A DNA stretch of 57,613 bases, the filler included, from Asterionella formosa (taxonomy: Eukaryota): assembly GCA_002256025.1 (NCBI GenBank). It is 4 parts of 4 records of this genome, joined end to end, with 100 filler letters (N's around TTAATTAATTAA, not from the genome) between each part and the next. Parts side by side here need not be neighbours in the genome. Positions count along the whole stretch, not along the records: positions 28,881 to 43,200 come from NKIB01006051.1; positions 43,301 to 57,613 come from NKIB01006060.1; 2 more parts are not named here. One strand, given 5' to 3'. Shown here in pieces: positions 38,089-51,040 of this stretch; the stretch's first letter is position 1, and each line of letters opens with the position of its first letter. The notes under the pieces are model-generated. The model ran no database searches and was not told the DNA's origin. It saw only the letters and a program-made list of their open reading frames with translations. Position numbers and translations under genes: made by a program.

Positions 38089-39461
38089 TTCATTTCGAAA
38101 AGGATAAAAATAAATAAAACTTTTATTACGCTTTGATCATGGATTCGGGAAAGTGTGAAGTTTTGTTCCCTTTCTTGCGTGAAATGGTGAGATACGAGAT
38201 ACAAGGCTCTGTTGCATGATTTAAATAAACACAACTCTCGCACGTTCAGTTTAGCGATTAACTCTCAAGTGACGTGCTGTTGTCAACTTACTACACAACG
38301 ACAAGAAAATTCATGTTCAAGGTATCTCCCGTTCCAAGACAAGTCAAATTCCCTCCATGCCCACTCAATGCCTCTATGGCATGGATACGTCAACATTCAC
38401 CGACTTGATAGCTCATAATGTCTCAAAGTGATGATGAACGAACAATCTTCTTCGTCTAATAAGTCCTCCACTGTCGGTGGGACATGTTCGGCAACTGTAT
38501 GTATTGGTTCCAGAATACAGCCAATCGTTTCCGGGGGTAACGGTGCCTAACTGACGAGGCCCGTGGAGCGTATCGTCCACGCCCTCACCGTATTCGCCTC
38601 CTGCAATAACGAGGGATCTTGCATTGATGAACACATTGTTAAGGACCGAGGTGGGAGCAACATTAGAAAATACAACAATTGTGCCAACGGTGGGGAAATC
38701 AAAGTAGATGATCCCGTCCTGGCCCAAGCGGAGCTTATTTATGCTCTTCTGGTCGGTGAATACAGGCATATCAAGGTGAAGCGTATCATCGTGAAAGAAG
38801 GCAGCTGCCCATTTGGTACACGCTGCATGTTCAACTAACTTGATACCTAGTACCTGGTACCAGGGGTACCTTGAATATCCTCTTCTGAGCAGTCCGGCAG
38901 GGGAGGGATCGAGTCGTGACCCAACTATCATGTCTTAGCCCCGTCTTACGGTGCCCGAATTACGAAGATTGAGTCGCCCGGATACCTGTCCCCCGCCCCC
39001 GATTACGAAGATTAATCTTCGTTCGCCCGAATATTTCGAGGGTCATCCCCGATATTGACCCAATCTTCGTATTTTCTTGAACAATCTTCGTTTCCCGAAG
39101 ATTGATCTTCGGGCAAACGAAGATTGTCTCCACCAATCAGAATGGCGGAAACAATATATAATCGTCATCAGTTCAGTTCTACTGGACAAAGTACTAGGAT
39201 TCTGTGTACCTTTACCGGACAATTGTCCGGTATTTGAGAAAATGACCGAACTGTTGTTCATCAAGACGAACACGGTGAAGCTAGTGATTTTCGGTTGAAG
39301 TTTAGTGAAGACCAATTTTGAGCAGGAACTTCGCAACCTTTTGCATGGTTTTTATCAGATTATTGCAGTAGAGAATCATTATGGTTAGGAGAGATTTGTG
39401 AGGGTAAGGACCCCATGAACAATCAACATATCACCTCCTTTGTACTTAGTTCATTGAGTTA

Positions 39462-39694
39462 AATGTTAATTAAATTTTTGTAGTATGTTAAAGCTATCCA
39501 ATAATTGCAGTTGTGCCTGCTTAAATGGTAACAATTAGTACCAGTTTTATTCATCCGTATGGTACAACAGTACCTGTCTCTTCGTCAGCCTCACCCCCAG
39601 AACCCTAGGGACTACATAAAAGAAAAACAGGTGGAGAATGCAGGAATCAAACCCGCTACCTTATGAGGTGTGCTAACCAATTAAGCCATTCCCC
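39462..39694 (-). mobile_element. tRNA-derived SINE-like element (body type A) with 19-bp TSD
   Basis: Minus-strand head GGGGAATGGCTTAATTGGTTAGCAC...GGTTTGATTCC; homologous along its length to 54375-54604. Direct repeat TACTT(A/G)GTTCATTGAGTTA at 39443-39461 and 39695-39713. Confidence 0.85.
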
Positions 39695-39715
39695 TACTTG
39701 GTTCATTGAGTTAGG

Positions 39716-40330
39716 AACTGGTGATGGCATTTGGGGTAACCTATTCCTGGCCTTTACTTGGAATTTGATTTGCAGGGTCAATAGCACAAGCCAAATCTGC
39801 TTGTCACATATGGAGTGGACTGATGATGCTCTGCGTAAATAATTTGCAAAAACTAAGACAGATCAGAAAGGGACTCAATCAAAATATTCCAGACATATTT
39901 ATGCAAATCCAATTGAGTGGGTAGTATATCCTATATTTTATCTTGGTGTATAGTAGGGAAGATTTAATAATGTTGCTAAAGGAAATAGTTGCTTATTCCC
40001 TGGTCACAATCAATTTAAGAGATTTTCATCTATTTTAAAGCAGAAGCCAAGAAAGCACAGCTATTTGAATAAGGTACTATTGAATCAAACAACATCAGCA
40101 TGCACAGTATAAGGAAGGGGGCTGCTACTTACATTAGTGCCTGCCCAGGGGGAACTTCATCAGGTTCTATCAGTGTAAATGGTGGGTGGTCAATAGGCAG
40201 AGTCAAGGACATTGATGTCCAGTGGTATGAGCATTTGTGGGGAGTCCTTATGTGGTCTACCCATGTTACTTGCATGATTCTCTTCCTGTCCCCCTATGTT
40301 TTTAAAATCTGAAACTTATGGTAATAAAAC
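39716..40330 (+). mobile_element. Crypton-like tyrosine recombinase relic
   Basis: WNLICRVNS, FAKTKTDQKG, RHIYANP, LFPG, HSIRKGAAT and GGWSIGRVKD correspond to the R..K..HxxR..W catalytic motifs; many stops. Confidence 0.75.
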
Positions 40331-40686
40331 CAAAGCTGCAGTGTTTCCAATGATGCTCCTAGTATGTATGTACCAGTTGATGTACTACCCAGTATATCAG
40401 CATGTGGATGCAGGAGGTACCTGGTACCTCCTGGGAATGTATTTGCACAGGGCGGTATTTGTTGTAGTCACGTGATCATTTTCGTATTCTATCGCCTATT
40501 ACATGCTAGAGTGATAGTAACAGCCAAAGTAAAAAGTTGGTAGATGCTACGTATCTGTAGCTCTCACGCAGTAAAAGTTGCTAGAAAAATGTTTCTACAA
40601 TTTGTTTGTTTTACTTTGTTTGCTAATAATTTTTTATATAAAAAAAATGTGAGCTTAATCATGTAAATGTAAATTTGAATGTATAA

Positions 40687-43200
40687 TGTTGAAACTTCCA
40701 AGCTCATGCATGTTTCAAAATAGAGGTGATCTTCGGAGGCGAGGTTCGTTTGTGTTCCCAACTTGAACTGACAATTCACTACATCCTCTTCCTAAATACA
40801 CATTTGTCTTAATCTTGGCCTGTCTCAACTTAGGCCAGATGCTGTTTGATCGAAGACCGCTTACAGAATGATCATGTTATTCATAACCAGATCATATCTA
40901 GTTTGCTTCTTTAATGTTCCTTGATTTTGCGGAAATATCTGTAATTGTCTAGTCAATCATTTATTGATTTGGCCTCTAGGTCTGATCGTCTTCTAGAGTC
41001 CATTTAAAAGGTTAGAGAGAACTTCTCCTGAAAGTTCCTCTCTCAACTGTGGCATTTTACACCCGATATTTAACCATGTGTTCTTGAATCAATCATTTAG
41101 TGGCTTGTGGTACATGTTCCTAATCAGGTCACTAGAGACGAAAATATATTGACACTCTCGTAACCTGATCTGGAATCAGGAATCTCTATGTGTTTCAACT
41201 GTCCCTCTCAGCAAAAGCATGTTGCTACCATCCACATAGTAACTTGCGTATTGCTGTAAATTTCTCTGCTACTAAACCCTTTGTGAAAATTTCCCCAAGT
41301 TGTTTTGTAGTTTCAATCTTTAAGATTTCAATATCACCTGATGACACGTACTCTCTAAACCAATGACATGCCACTGCAATATGTTTTGTTCATGGCGTCA
41401 TTTTTGCCATTGTCGCTTGAGACAAACATGCACTATTGTCTTTGTATATCTTTGAATGTGACCGTACTATGAACCGCTCAGTAATCTTTAGAGCTTCAGA
41501 CGCCTCCTTACAAATTTGTCTATGGAATTAGGTCCCGACAACTTGCTGACAAGGCCTGGTACTCAGCTTCCATAGTAGATAGGGCTATAGTGGTCTGTAG
41601 TTTGGATACCCATAGTAGAGGACATCCAGCTAACATTATGACGTACCCTGTCCTTGACTTAGCACAAACAGGATCATGTGAATCTTCACTACCATATAAT
41701 CCTGCAAAGTCTGAATCCACATAGCAATCAATTGCGAATTCCTTGGATGGTGTAAATACGATCCCTTCGGTTGCTGTTCCTTTTAGATACCGACAAATTT
41801 TCTTAATTGCCCCTTCATGTGATACTTTAGGACAATGTGAAAATCGCGCACACTGGTGAACTGCAAATGCTATGTCTGGTCGAGAATTAGAAGCCAAGTA
41901 CAATAACATGCCTACTATTGACCTGTAGTTCCATTGTTCTTCTGCAGGCCAGGTTCACCATTGACATCAGCACCTAAAGTTTCCTTAATTGCTGGAGTTG
42001 TTGTATGCCTGCAGTCTTGCATCTTGGTAGCCTCTAGTACTCTCTTTATTAATCCTTCCTGAGTTAGTTTCAGAGAACCATTTACATTTTTATCAATTTG
42101 AATACCTAGAAAGGCTGAAAGGTTGTCTTCTCTTGTTTACTCTAATGTAGTACCAAGATCGTCAATCACTGACTCAATCTTAGCACCATATTTCCAAATC
42201 AGTATACCATCATCTACATAGTTCAGGTACACCATATCTTTGTGTATAAAGAAACATGGATCCAGCTTAGACTGCTGAAACCCGCGTTCCTCTAGGCTTT
42301 CCTTAAGTTTAAGGAACCATGCCCGTGGAGCTTGTTTTGTACCAATTAAGCGATTTATTTAGCTTTAGGAGCATGTCGCGCCCGTGCTTGTCACCAAAAT
42401 CTTTTGGTAACTCCACGTACACTTCTTCTTCAATCTCTGGTTGACAAAATGCATTACTATAGTCGATTTGTCGTGTCTCAAGTCCTAACACAATTGACAT
42501 TACCAGTAAGCATCGCACCGTGGACCATTGTACTACTGGTGCATATGTCTCGAAATAATCAACACCTTCTACTTGTTTGTCACCACGGACACAGAAGCGT
42601 GCTTTGCATTTTCGAAGACAACCATCAGGAAACCTCTTCCTCTTGAACGCCCATGTTCCCGGTAGGACATTTTTGTTCGGAATGGATGCTCGTGGCATAA
42701 TAGTCCATGTATCTTTTGCCATTAGAGCATTTATTTCTACTACCATCGCTTCCTTAAATGATTCAGAATCGATGCTTGCCATTGCCTCATGATAACGAGG
42801 AGAATCTGGGTCAGAAAATAGGGTCGGTACATTCCATATATCCGGTCACAGGATCGGTCATTAGTGACGACAAGTAAGACAGGACCTACTTCGATTGGCT
42901 CAAACAATAATCCTGTTCACTTAGACTAGATAGAAAAGTATGTGCAAGATATCCATCTTGTCAACTTAGACCAGGAATGAACCGTTGCGGTGCTCTGTTA
43001 GTTCTGGTACTACGTCGCTGTGGAAGAGACATTTCTGGTTGTTGAGGTTGCTCAATTTGTTCTTGTCCCACTCCTGCTGTTTCTTGTGGAATCATTCCTA
43101 CAGCATCTTGTACCATATTCCTAGTGGGAGGTAGCCTATGCAGCCACTTACTTGTATCCACCGCATCCATCCGTGCTGGTACACTCTGCAATACTTCGGG
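40687..43200 (-). mobile_element. Copia 3' half: RT, RNase H, PPT and 3' LTR (~40687-41200)
   Basis: KARFCVRGDKQVEGVDYFETYAPVV, YVDD, RPDIAFAVHQCARF, YVDSDFAG, SRTGY..ALSTMEAEY and KHIA. PPT GAGAGGGAC precedes an LTR with GTTGAAAC...GTTTCAACA inverted ends. Confidence 0.9.
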
Positions 43201-43300
43201 NNNNNNNNNNNNNNNNNNNNNNNNNNNNNNNNNNNNNNNNNNNNTTAATTAATTAANNNNNNNNNNNNNNNNNNNNNNNNNNNNNNNNNNNNNNNNNNNN
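43201..43300. other. Artificial contig linker
   Basis: N run with TTAATTAATTAA at 43245-43256. Confidence 0.95.
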
Positions 43301-43589
43301 AGGGTTGGGTGCCTTGATAGGCAGCACACCTAGAGGCATGCTCCCCTTACCCTCACCCTTGAAATTCCTATTACCATTCCCAATCCCAATGTCTCTCCTT
43401 TTCCCTTCCCGCACTCCCCTACTTGATGCAGGTAGCCATTGTCTGTGACATGCTCCTGTGACCCAAGATTCTAACACTCACCCAAACAGATAATAGGTGT
43501 GCTTCTTGTGAACACTCCGTGGAGTCTGAATTTGAGGTAAACATTGAATGGAAAGTATTTCACCAAAATGACACTTTCACAAATATTTT

Positions 43590-45218
43590 TCAATGTGTCA
43601 TATTTTTATACCAGGCTTCACCAAATTTCAAACATGATCCACAGCAATTGCAGTCTACATTACAATCCAATTGAGCCTCAATAGTTGTACTGGCACAGAG
43701 TGAGTCGGAAAGTAATGACGTAAATCGGTTTCCAAACAGAACCAGCGATAAGCTCTTGTTGTTGTTGAATTCTGGGATTGTCCCAGTCAGGGCATTGTTG
43801 CTCACATCAAGGACTTGTATTGAAATGCAATGACCCAGTGATTCTGGTAGAGTCCCATTGATATTGTTTTCACAAATTCTCAAAGTTTCAAGATTTTTTA
43901 GTTGACCAACAGACGAGGGCAATATACCAGTCAGTAAATTGTTCTCCAAATTTATGATTCGTAATTTTGTCAAGCCACCAAAGAGTTCACTTGGTAAGGT
44001 ACCATTTAAGCGATTGTCATTTAATGCAAGGACTTCTAAATGTTCAAGATTTTCTAATTCAGTTGGAATAATTCCGGAAAGAAGGGATGCAGAAATGTCC
44101 AAAAGTGTGAGAGACAGTGCTGCTCCAATTTCTGATGGAATTGTGCCCTGGATCAGTGTTTCATCACATTGCAAAGCCTGTAATTTTAGCAAGGCTCCAA
44201 ATTCAGTGGGAATATTCCCATTGATGGATGTTCCAGATATAGCCAGGACTGACAAGTTCGTCAGGAGGCCTATAGAGGTTGGTAGCGACCCAGTTAAACG
44301 CCGATTTTCATTGAGACGTATTGTCTCTAAAGCACTGAGCAAATTCAAGTCAACAATCAGTTTCCCTTGAAGGCCATTTCCTACCAAGTTGAGATTCACA
44401 AAATCCCCATTTTCATTGCACCGAGAGGTAGAATTGTCTGATGAGTGCCAATCAGTACACTCGTCCTTATTAGTGATCCAGTGTTGACTGTGGCTCCATT
44501 TGCTTCCTCCGAGACTGTAATAGAGGCAGGCAAGTGCAAATCGTTGTACTTTTCTTTTTATGCTGTACCCTTCATTGTCAGTCCCACTGATCCAGTGCAT
44601 GGCCCTTGCTTGGGGCGAGTCGGCTTTTTCCAGATCCGATATGTCTGAAAGCAACGGCAGTATTGATTTCACAACGGCGTTGTTGTTAAAGTTGAATGGA
44701 ATAGTTGTGGAGTCTGGTGGCGCCACCGTGTGGGGTCTATGGTCCTCGCCTTCCGCCATTTCAATCCCAACAAACAAGGCAACCGTCACGGAAAAAACGA
44801 TCAGTACAATGAAAAGGAATCCAGTGCGGAATCTTCTATCAAGCCACAGAATAGCCAGAGAACGTTTTGTGGTCAACTTTTCTGCGTCGATGACGGCTGG
44901 GGCCATTTTGACTTCAACAGCGTGAGGGACAGCACAAACTGTTCCATCCATCGTGGTCAAACCGTCTTCGTCATCCGCGCGGAAGTCTTGCGAAGCAGTG
45001 CGAGCGCTGCTTCTTGTGGAAAAGTCAAAGGAACTGGGGAAAGTAGCAAATGCCCCTGGGAAACTGGCAACGCCGTTGCTGGTTGGGTCGGAACGCCGGA
45101 GCTCTGGTGGCTTAATGGCAGCTGCAATTGCAGTTGCATCGTCCTCCTGATCCGACATGGCGGCGGGGCTGACGATTGATTCCTCGTCACTGGATTCCTT
45201 GCTTCGTTTCAATGACAT
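43590..45218 (-). CDS. Single-pass membrane LRR protein (diatom-type receptor-like family)
   Basis: Disordered N-terminus, one TM helix, cap SPQARAMHWI..QRFALACLYYSLGG..W..W..DEC.W, about 9 plant-type LRRs (LxGxIPxE) and a Cys-rich end. Likely ATG at 45218. Confidence 0.88.
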   Translation of the reverse strand: MSLKRSKESSDEESIVSPAAMSDQEDDATAIAAAIKPPELRRSDPTSNGVASFPGAFATFPSSFDFSTRSSARTASQDFRADDEDGLTTMDGTVCAVPHAVEVKMAPAVIDAEKLTTKRSLAILWLDRRFRTGFLFIVLIVFSVTVALFVGIEMAEGEDHRPHTVAPPDSTTIPFNFNNNAVVKSILPLLSDISDLEKADSPQARAMHWISGTDNEGYSIKRKVQRFALACLYYSLGGSKWSHSQHWITNKDECTDWHSSDNSTSRCNENGDFVNLNLVGNGLQGKLIVDLNLLSALETIRLNENRRLTGSLPTSIGLLTNLSVLAISGTSINGNIPTEFGALLKLQALQCDETLIQGTIPSEIGAALSLTLLDISASLLSGIIPTELENLEHLEVLALNDNRLNGTLPSELFGGLTKLRIINLENNLLTGILPSSVGQLKNLETLRICENNINGTLPESLGHCISIQVLDVSNNALTGTIPEFNNNKSLSLVLFGNRFTSLLSDSLCASTTIEAQLDCNVDCNCCGSCLKFGEAWYKNMTH

Positions 45219-45748
45219 CGTCGTTGTGGACGAAGCTGATCTTATTCTATTGCTGTCAATGTAATGACTGTACTGTATTCCTTTTAAATTATAATTTATG
45301 TTGGATGTCTCTGCATACATACAAAAAAAAGAACATGCAAACATCGCCGTATTCGCTTCAGTATGGCATAAACTCACGATGTGATAAACTCTAATAAATT
45401 GATTGATTTTGAGAATACTATGGTGTTTCGTACTCCCCAACAAGTTATCCGTACAGCTATTTAAATAATTCGATTAACAATTGTAAATGGATAACAAATA
45501 TACCGGTATATTCGTAATGGATGATGCATATACCTCACCTATTGTATATTTCTACATGATTGTTGATATGTTCCTGTCGTAGGCTCAAGGTACGTGGGTG
45601 GTACGTATGCACATGGAAATTTCCTTCTGCCTGTCGTGTATCCATCGTGCACAGACCTCTCGTTTTTTTCAAACGCACATCTAGAGAGATTCTAGTCGCG
45701 CGCTCTTCTGAGAATTTCGCGTTCTCCTTCTTGAAAAGCACCACACAC

Positions 45749-46376
45749 NNNNNNNNNNNNNNNNNNNNNNNNNNNNNNNNNNNNNNNNNNNNNNNNNNNN
45801 NNNNNNNNNNNNNNNNNNNNNNNNNNNNNNNNNNNNNNNNNNNNNNNNNNNNNNNNNNNNNNNNNNNNNNNNNNNNNNNNNNNNNNNNNNNNNNNNNNNN
45901 NNNNNNNNNNNNNNNNNNNNNNNNNNNNNNNNNNNNNNNNNNNNNNNNNNNNNNNNNNNNNNNNNNNNNNNNNNNNNNNNNNNNNNNNNNNNNNNNNNNN
46001 NNNNNNNNNNNNNNNNNNNNNNNNNNNNNNNNNNNNNNNNNNNNNNNNNNNNNNNNNNNNNNNNNNNNNNNNNNNNNNNNNNNNNNNNNNNNNNNNNNNN
46101 NNNNNNNNNNNNNNNNNNNNNNNNNNNNNNNNNNNNNNNNNNNNNNNNNNNNNNNNNNNNNNNNNNNNNNNNNNNNNNNNNNNNNNNNNNNNNNNNNNNN
46201 NNNNNNNNNNNNNNNNNNNNNNNNNNNNNNNNNNNNNNNNNNNNNNNNNNNNNNNNNNNNNNNNNNNNNNNNNNNNNNNNNNNNNNNNNNNNNNNNNNNN
46301 NNNNNNNNNNNNNNNNNNNNNNNNNNNNNNNNNNNNNNNNNNNNNNNNNNNNNNNNNNNNNNNNNNNNNNNNNNNN
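45749..46376. other. Assembly gap (N run)
   Basis: About 630 N with no linker. Confidence 0.98.
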
Positions 46377-49300
46377 GCTTTTAAATTTGTTTGTATAGTC
46401 ATGAGTGGAATGCTTTTGGGGAATCACTTTTCTCATGATAATCAAAAAGTTAAAACAATATCAGCAATTATGGCTGCCATTAGTAGGAGGAGTGACCCTG
46501 CCATACATGGTGTTTGGGTTGCCAGTTGATCAATTCAGAGAATATCTTCATAAAAAGAAAAGAACTACTCTATCGGTGACAACATACAATTTAATACTGC
46601 TAGTAGACTGATAAGGTATCTCAATAAGGTGTTTACAAATCAATCTTGAGGTCGAGATTTCTACAGACAGCCAAAAAGGTGATGATATTTCGATCTGAGT
46701 ATGAAACAAAAAAGGCAAAAGTAGGCAAATATTTTGTATATTCCAGGAAAGGCAGTATCAGCGGTTCGTTAGCTTTCTACATATTGGAATTTATCTGAAT
46801 GGGAAGAAAATGTGTTCCATTCAAGAGGCTGCTAAGAAAAGGAAGTTGGGGATGGTCAAAAATTTGTAATGGTCATGTGATGCCGTCATCTCGTGTTAGT
46901 AGTACTTCACCTCGACTATTATAGAAAGAATTTTCTCTATGTACTAGTTTTGATTCCAATAGTAAAATTACTATGACTAGTAGTCTAGTAGGAGAAGAAT
47001 TGAATCCAAGACAAAGGAGAAGGACTAATAAAGAAGAACGAGGAGAAGGAAAAGAAACAATTACGAAATTCACATCGTAACTTCACTTTTTATAGCGCCT
47101 TGAACTATTCAATTGCTAATAGAATTACCCGCATGGCGCTTCCTGGCGTTATCAGCCCTGGATGCTCATCAAATACTAAATTTACAATGCTGCAGTAGCA
47201 GGAGTGGCTGATGTTTAATCAGAATTAGCTAATGATTCATTGTACCAAATTAAAGACTTGGGACTGAGCAACGACATCCAGCTAGATGACTCATAATTTG
47301 AGTCATCATCCCCCTGCAACAATCATCCACTCCTCTCAGCAGCAACAACGACATCCAGCAACAAAAACAACATAATAAGACTCCCGGCCCGAAGCCAAGA
47401 AACCAACTCCCTACCAAAGGAATCCACCCTGAATGCAATCAGAAATAAAAAGAAATCCTCAGGCAAGCAAATAGCTCCAGCTCGAGATACCTCCAATTGA
47501 TTCATAATCTCAACCAACTTAACCAACAAGACATCACCAATCATCACAGGTGGAACACCAAAATGTCACTGAATTTTCACGAGAGGGAATCGAGCATGCT
47601 TGGGGTTGCGCAAAAAATTTTCCATTTTCAGAATGTCCTGAGGGGGAAAGGGGAAAGAGAACTTCAGGTGTATGTCAAGGGACAAAGTGTTAACAATCAA
47701 AAAGATATGATAGTTTCAAGAAGGCGAGCAAGAAAAGATTTGGAAAGATCTTTACAAACAATAACATGACAGGGTGGATGCCGGAGTTGACACAACACAC
47801 GAAGCGGACCCCATCAGCATTTAGAACCAGCTTGTCAAGCAATTCAAAACACAGACCACCACTTTGCCCTCGATATCGCTTGCAAGGCAGCACATGTCTA
47901 TGATCTGACATACTAGCGAACAATAAATCAACGAAGCAAACAAGAAGCAAAAAAACAAAATCAACAAACATGAACAACAAAAACAGATCGATGTTGCAAA
48001 CCTTTGCGGGTAAAATATATATATGTGATATTGAAAAAAATTGCGTCAATTTTATGTGCACATCACAAATTTTGATTATTAAATGCAAAAATCTCTGTAC
48101 TAAGGCCTATGTATCCTACTAAGAAGCTGATATTCAGCAGATTTCAACCAGCTATTTATTACGTTTTAAAGAGTAGTACATAGTAATCATCGGGTCAATA
48201 TTGATTTGCTTGATACCCCTAAAAATCAATGAACACGACAAAGCTAGTGACTCGCCTCAAATGACCAATGCCAGTAACTTTTAAGACCACTTTGGATCTA
48301 ATAACAACTTTAGAGGCAACAGGCCTGTCTATTTAGATTCATTGGAGACTATGTAGAATGACTGTTACAGTACTATACAGGTGAGTTTGCCTGTACAGAA
48401 ATAGGGACAGTATAGTGGGACCTGAAGTCGAAAATCTATCAAATCAAATCGCCTTTCTTGATGTTACAATGTAAAGGAGTAGTATTTTGCTAACAATGTA
48501 TCTCTTAATGAATTTGTAGATGTGATTATCATCACGTCTTGTGTGGGTTCTTCGAAGTGAGATCTTCCAGTACCATTGTGCTTTTTTGTTGTTGGTAGTT
48601 GTTTGCTGTTTGTAGTTTGTGAGCAGTTTTGTTTTTGAATTCGTATATGTCATTGCTGTTGTGGTCCATAATATTTTGTTGATGACTGGACTTGTAGTAT
48701 TTTTTTGTGAAAGAGGATAGGATAGCGAATGATGACGTGGACTAAGGAGGAGGAAGAGAGTAGGGTGAGTCAATTGACAAACCTGACAAACTCAATAAGA
48801 GTTTGGAAGGGGCATGTTAAAAAGAGTGATTATAGTAAAGTAAAAGTAAATAGATAACAATATAGAAGAACAGCAACACGGGTAGATACTATCATCAGTG
48901 TCTAACATACAGACATACATGATGGACATACTAGTGATTTATAACATCCCTTAAATCTCATGAAGAATGGTGATAGACGAGAGAAAGAAATCAGTAGTTC
49001 TTGTCAGAGCAGGGGTGGAGAGGAACCAAGTGAATGAACAAGGGCCCAATGAAGATGATCAATAAAAGCATATCCCATCATAGTCATGCAGTGTGCACGC
49101 AAAGTCGCAAAAGGTAATGCCTTCTTAGTTAAGTGATCAGCTAGATTCCAAGCAGATGAAACAGGGTGAAAGAATAGTACACAGGCATGACGGACATGTT
49201 CTTGGAGAGCCTGCGTTTTAGTGGCAATATGACAAACATTGCGAGTAAGTTTCCCTGCATGAGCAATAATTTGGGCAGCAGAATCATCTTCGCCTATGGG

Positions 49301-49566
49301 GACCGGGGTGTGATATGGCAGAGACATATTTTCCATATAGATGCGGAGCCATAAAACATGTTTAGACAACGTGGTATCAGCATCTAATTTAGCCTCAGTT
49401 ATATTGTAAGCTGTAGTACTTTGTTTTCGACAAAGAGTGATAATCAAAGTAACTTCTCCAGCGTAAGCAAGGCGATCGAAAACAGCACTACCAAAGTTGG
49501 CATCAGCGAAACTCTGAGTAGGTGGAGCCATGCATGGAGAAGGTGAGGCATCATGCCTCACCATTA

Positions 49567-49615
49567 ACTACCAATCAGGTTACCATGCATGATGCATGGT
49601 AACCTGATTGGTAGT
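49567..49615. repeat. Perfect 24-bp inverted repeat with 1-nt spacer
   Basis: ACTACCAATCAGGTTACCATGCAT-G-ATGCATGGTAACCTGATTGGTAGT. Confidence 0.95.
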
Positions 49616-50069
49616 GGTAATAGTATTAGTAGTGATCATAGGAAGATGCCAAAATTTTTGGTCCTTATCAAACTGTTGAGCCTCAACACTAATGACAGTT
49701 GTTTCCCCGAGCCAGGGAGCTCCTGCTTGACTGATATGAGAAACGGAAAGAATAGAACCAGCACGTGACAGCTTACGATTGAAACCTTATAGAATATCAG
49801 GATATCGTCGTAGATATTTGGCAAATTATAAGAGACCTGCAAAATGGAGCATCCCAGGAGCATTTTGATATTGCGCAAGGCGTTGTACCGCAGTTTGAAT
49901 GTCCAGACGCGTCCATTGACACAGATGTTGGAATTCACCAAGGAGAGTGCGATACTCAAAACCATATGACTTAATAGCGAGTTTCATTTCCACGTCTGAG
50001 TAGGGGACACAAGTTGCTAAAGCTTCTTCATGTTGAATGCCGGCGATAACTCTGAGAACCAACAAAAAT

Positions 50070-51040
50070 TGATCAAAGAAGAAGGCATCAGGATGTTTAA
50101 ATTTTATAAATTCTCAGTGCTGTAGAAACAAAAATTCAAAACCATGATCTTTCTCCACCAATTTGAGGCTGATTTTTTTTCAGCATAGTTTTCGATGTAC
50201 ACGAGATCAATGTCGTCATGGCCAATGTAGATATTCTCAGAACAAACATATATTGATCAAAGGAGGCATCAGGATGTGTAAATTTTGTAAATTATTGGTG
50301 CTTATGGACTGATCATCAGTGCTGTAAAAAAATTCAAAACCACGATCTTCCTCCACCAATTTAAGGCCGACTTCTAGTATTCGTTGTACACAAGATCAAT
50401 CCTGTCAAAGCGAATGTCAACATGCTCATAACAAACATATATTGATCAAAATAGGTATCAGGATGTGTAAATTTTGTAAATTCTCGGTGCTTGTGCTGGA
50501 CTGATCATCAATGCTGTGGCAAAAAAGTTCAAGACCATCTTTCTCCACCAATTTAAGGCTGATTTCTATTCAGCATAGTATTCGATGCACACGATATCAA
50601 TGCAGACATGTCCAATGTCGATATTCTCTGAACGAATATGTATTCATCAAAAGGGGGCATCAGGATGTGTAAATGTTCAGTGCTTGTGGACTGATATCAG
50701 TACTGTGGCAACAAAAATTCAAAGATATCTTCCTCCACTAATTTAAAGCCGATTCTATCCAGCATAGTATTAGATGTACAAGAGATCAATGCCGTCATGG
50801 CGAATGTCGATATTCTCAGAACGAACATATATTGTACAAAGGAGGGATCAGGATTTGAAAATTTTCGGTGCTTATGGACTGATCATCAATGCTGTAGAAA
50901 CAAAAATTCAAAACCATGATCTTTCTCCACCAATTTAAGGCCGATTTCTATCCAGCATAATATTCGATGTACACAAGATCAATCCTGTCAAATGCTCATA
51001 ACGAACATAGTATATTGATCAACGGAAGCATCAGGATGTG
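50070..51040. repeat. Tandem array A, ~180-200-bp unit, about 5 copies plus a partial
   Basis: ATCAGGAT anchor recurs near 50088, 50268, 50457, 50659, 50847 and 51030, with shared CTCCACCAATTTAAGG and GATCAAT blocks. Confidence 0.9.

Noticed and set aside
38413..38931. 172-aa minus-strand ORF as a complete gene
   Set aside because: The 3' part looks protein-like, but the 5' part runs through repeat-like sequence and no family is recognisable; at most a gene fragment.
45560..46445. Long ORFs spanning the gap
   Set aside because: Made almost entirely of N-derived X residues.
46870..48780. Several short ORFs in A-rich sequence
   Set aside because: No coherent reading frame or motif; low-complexity composition explains the ORFs.
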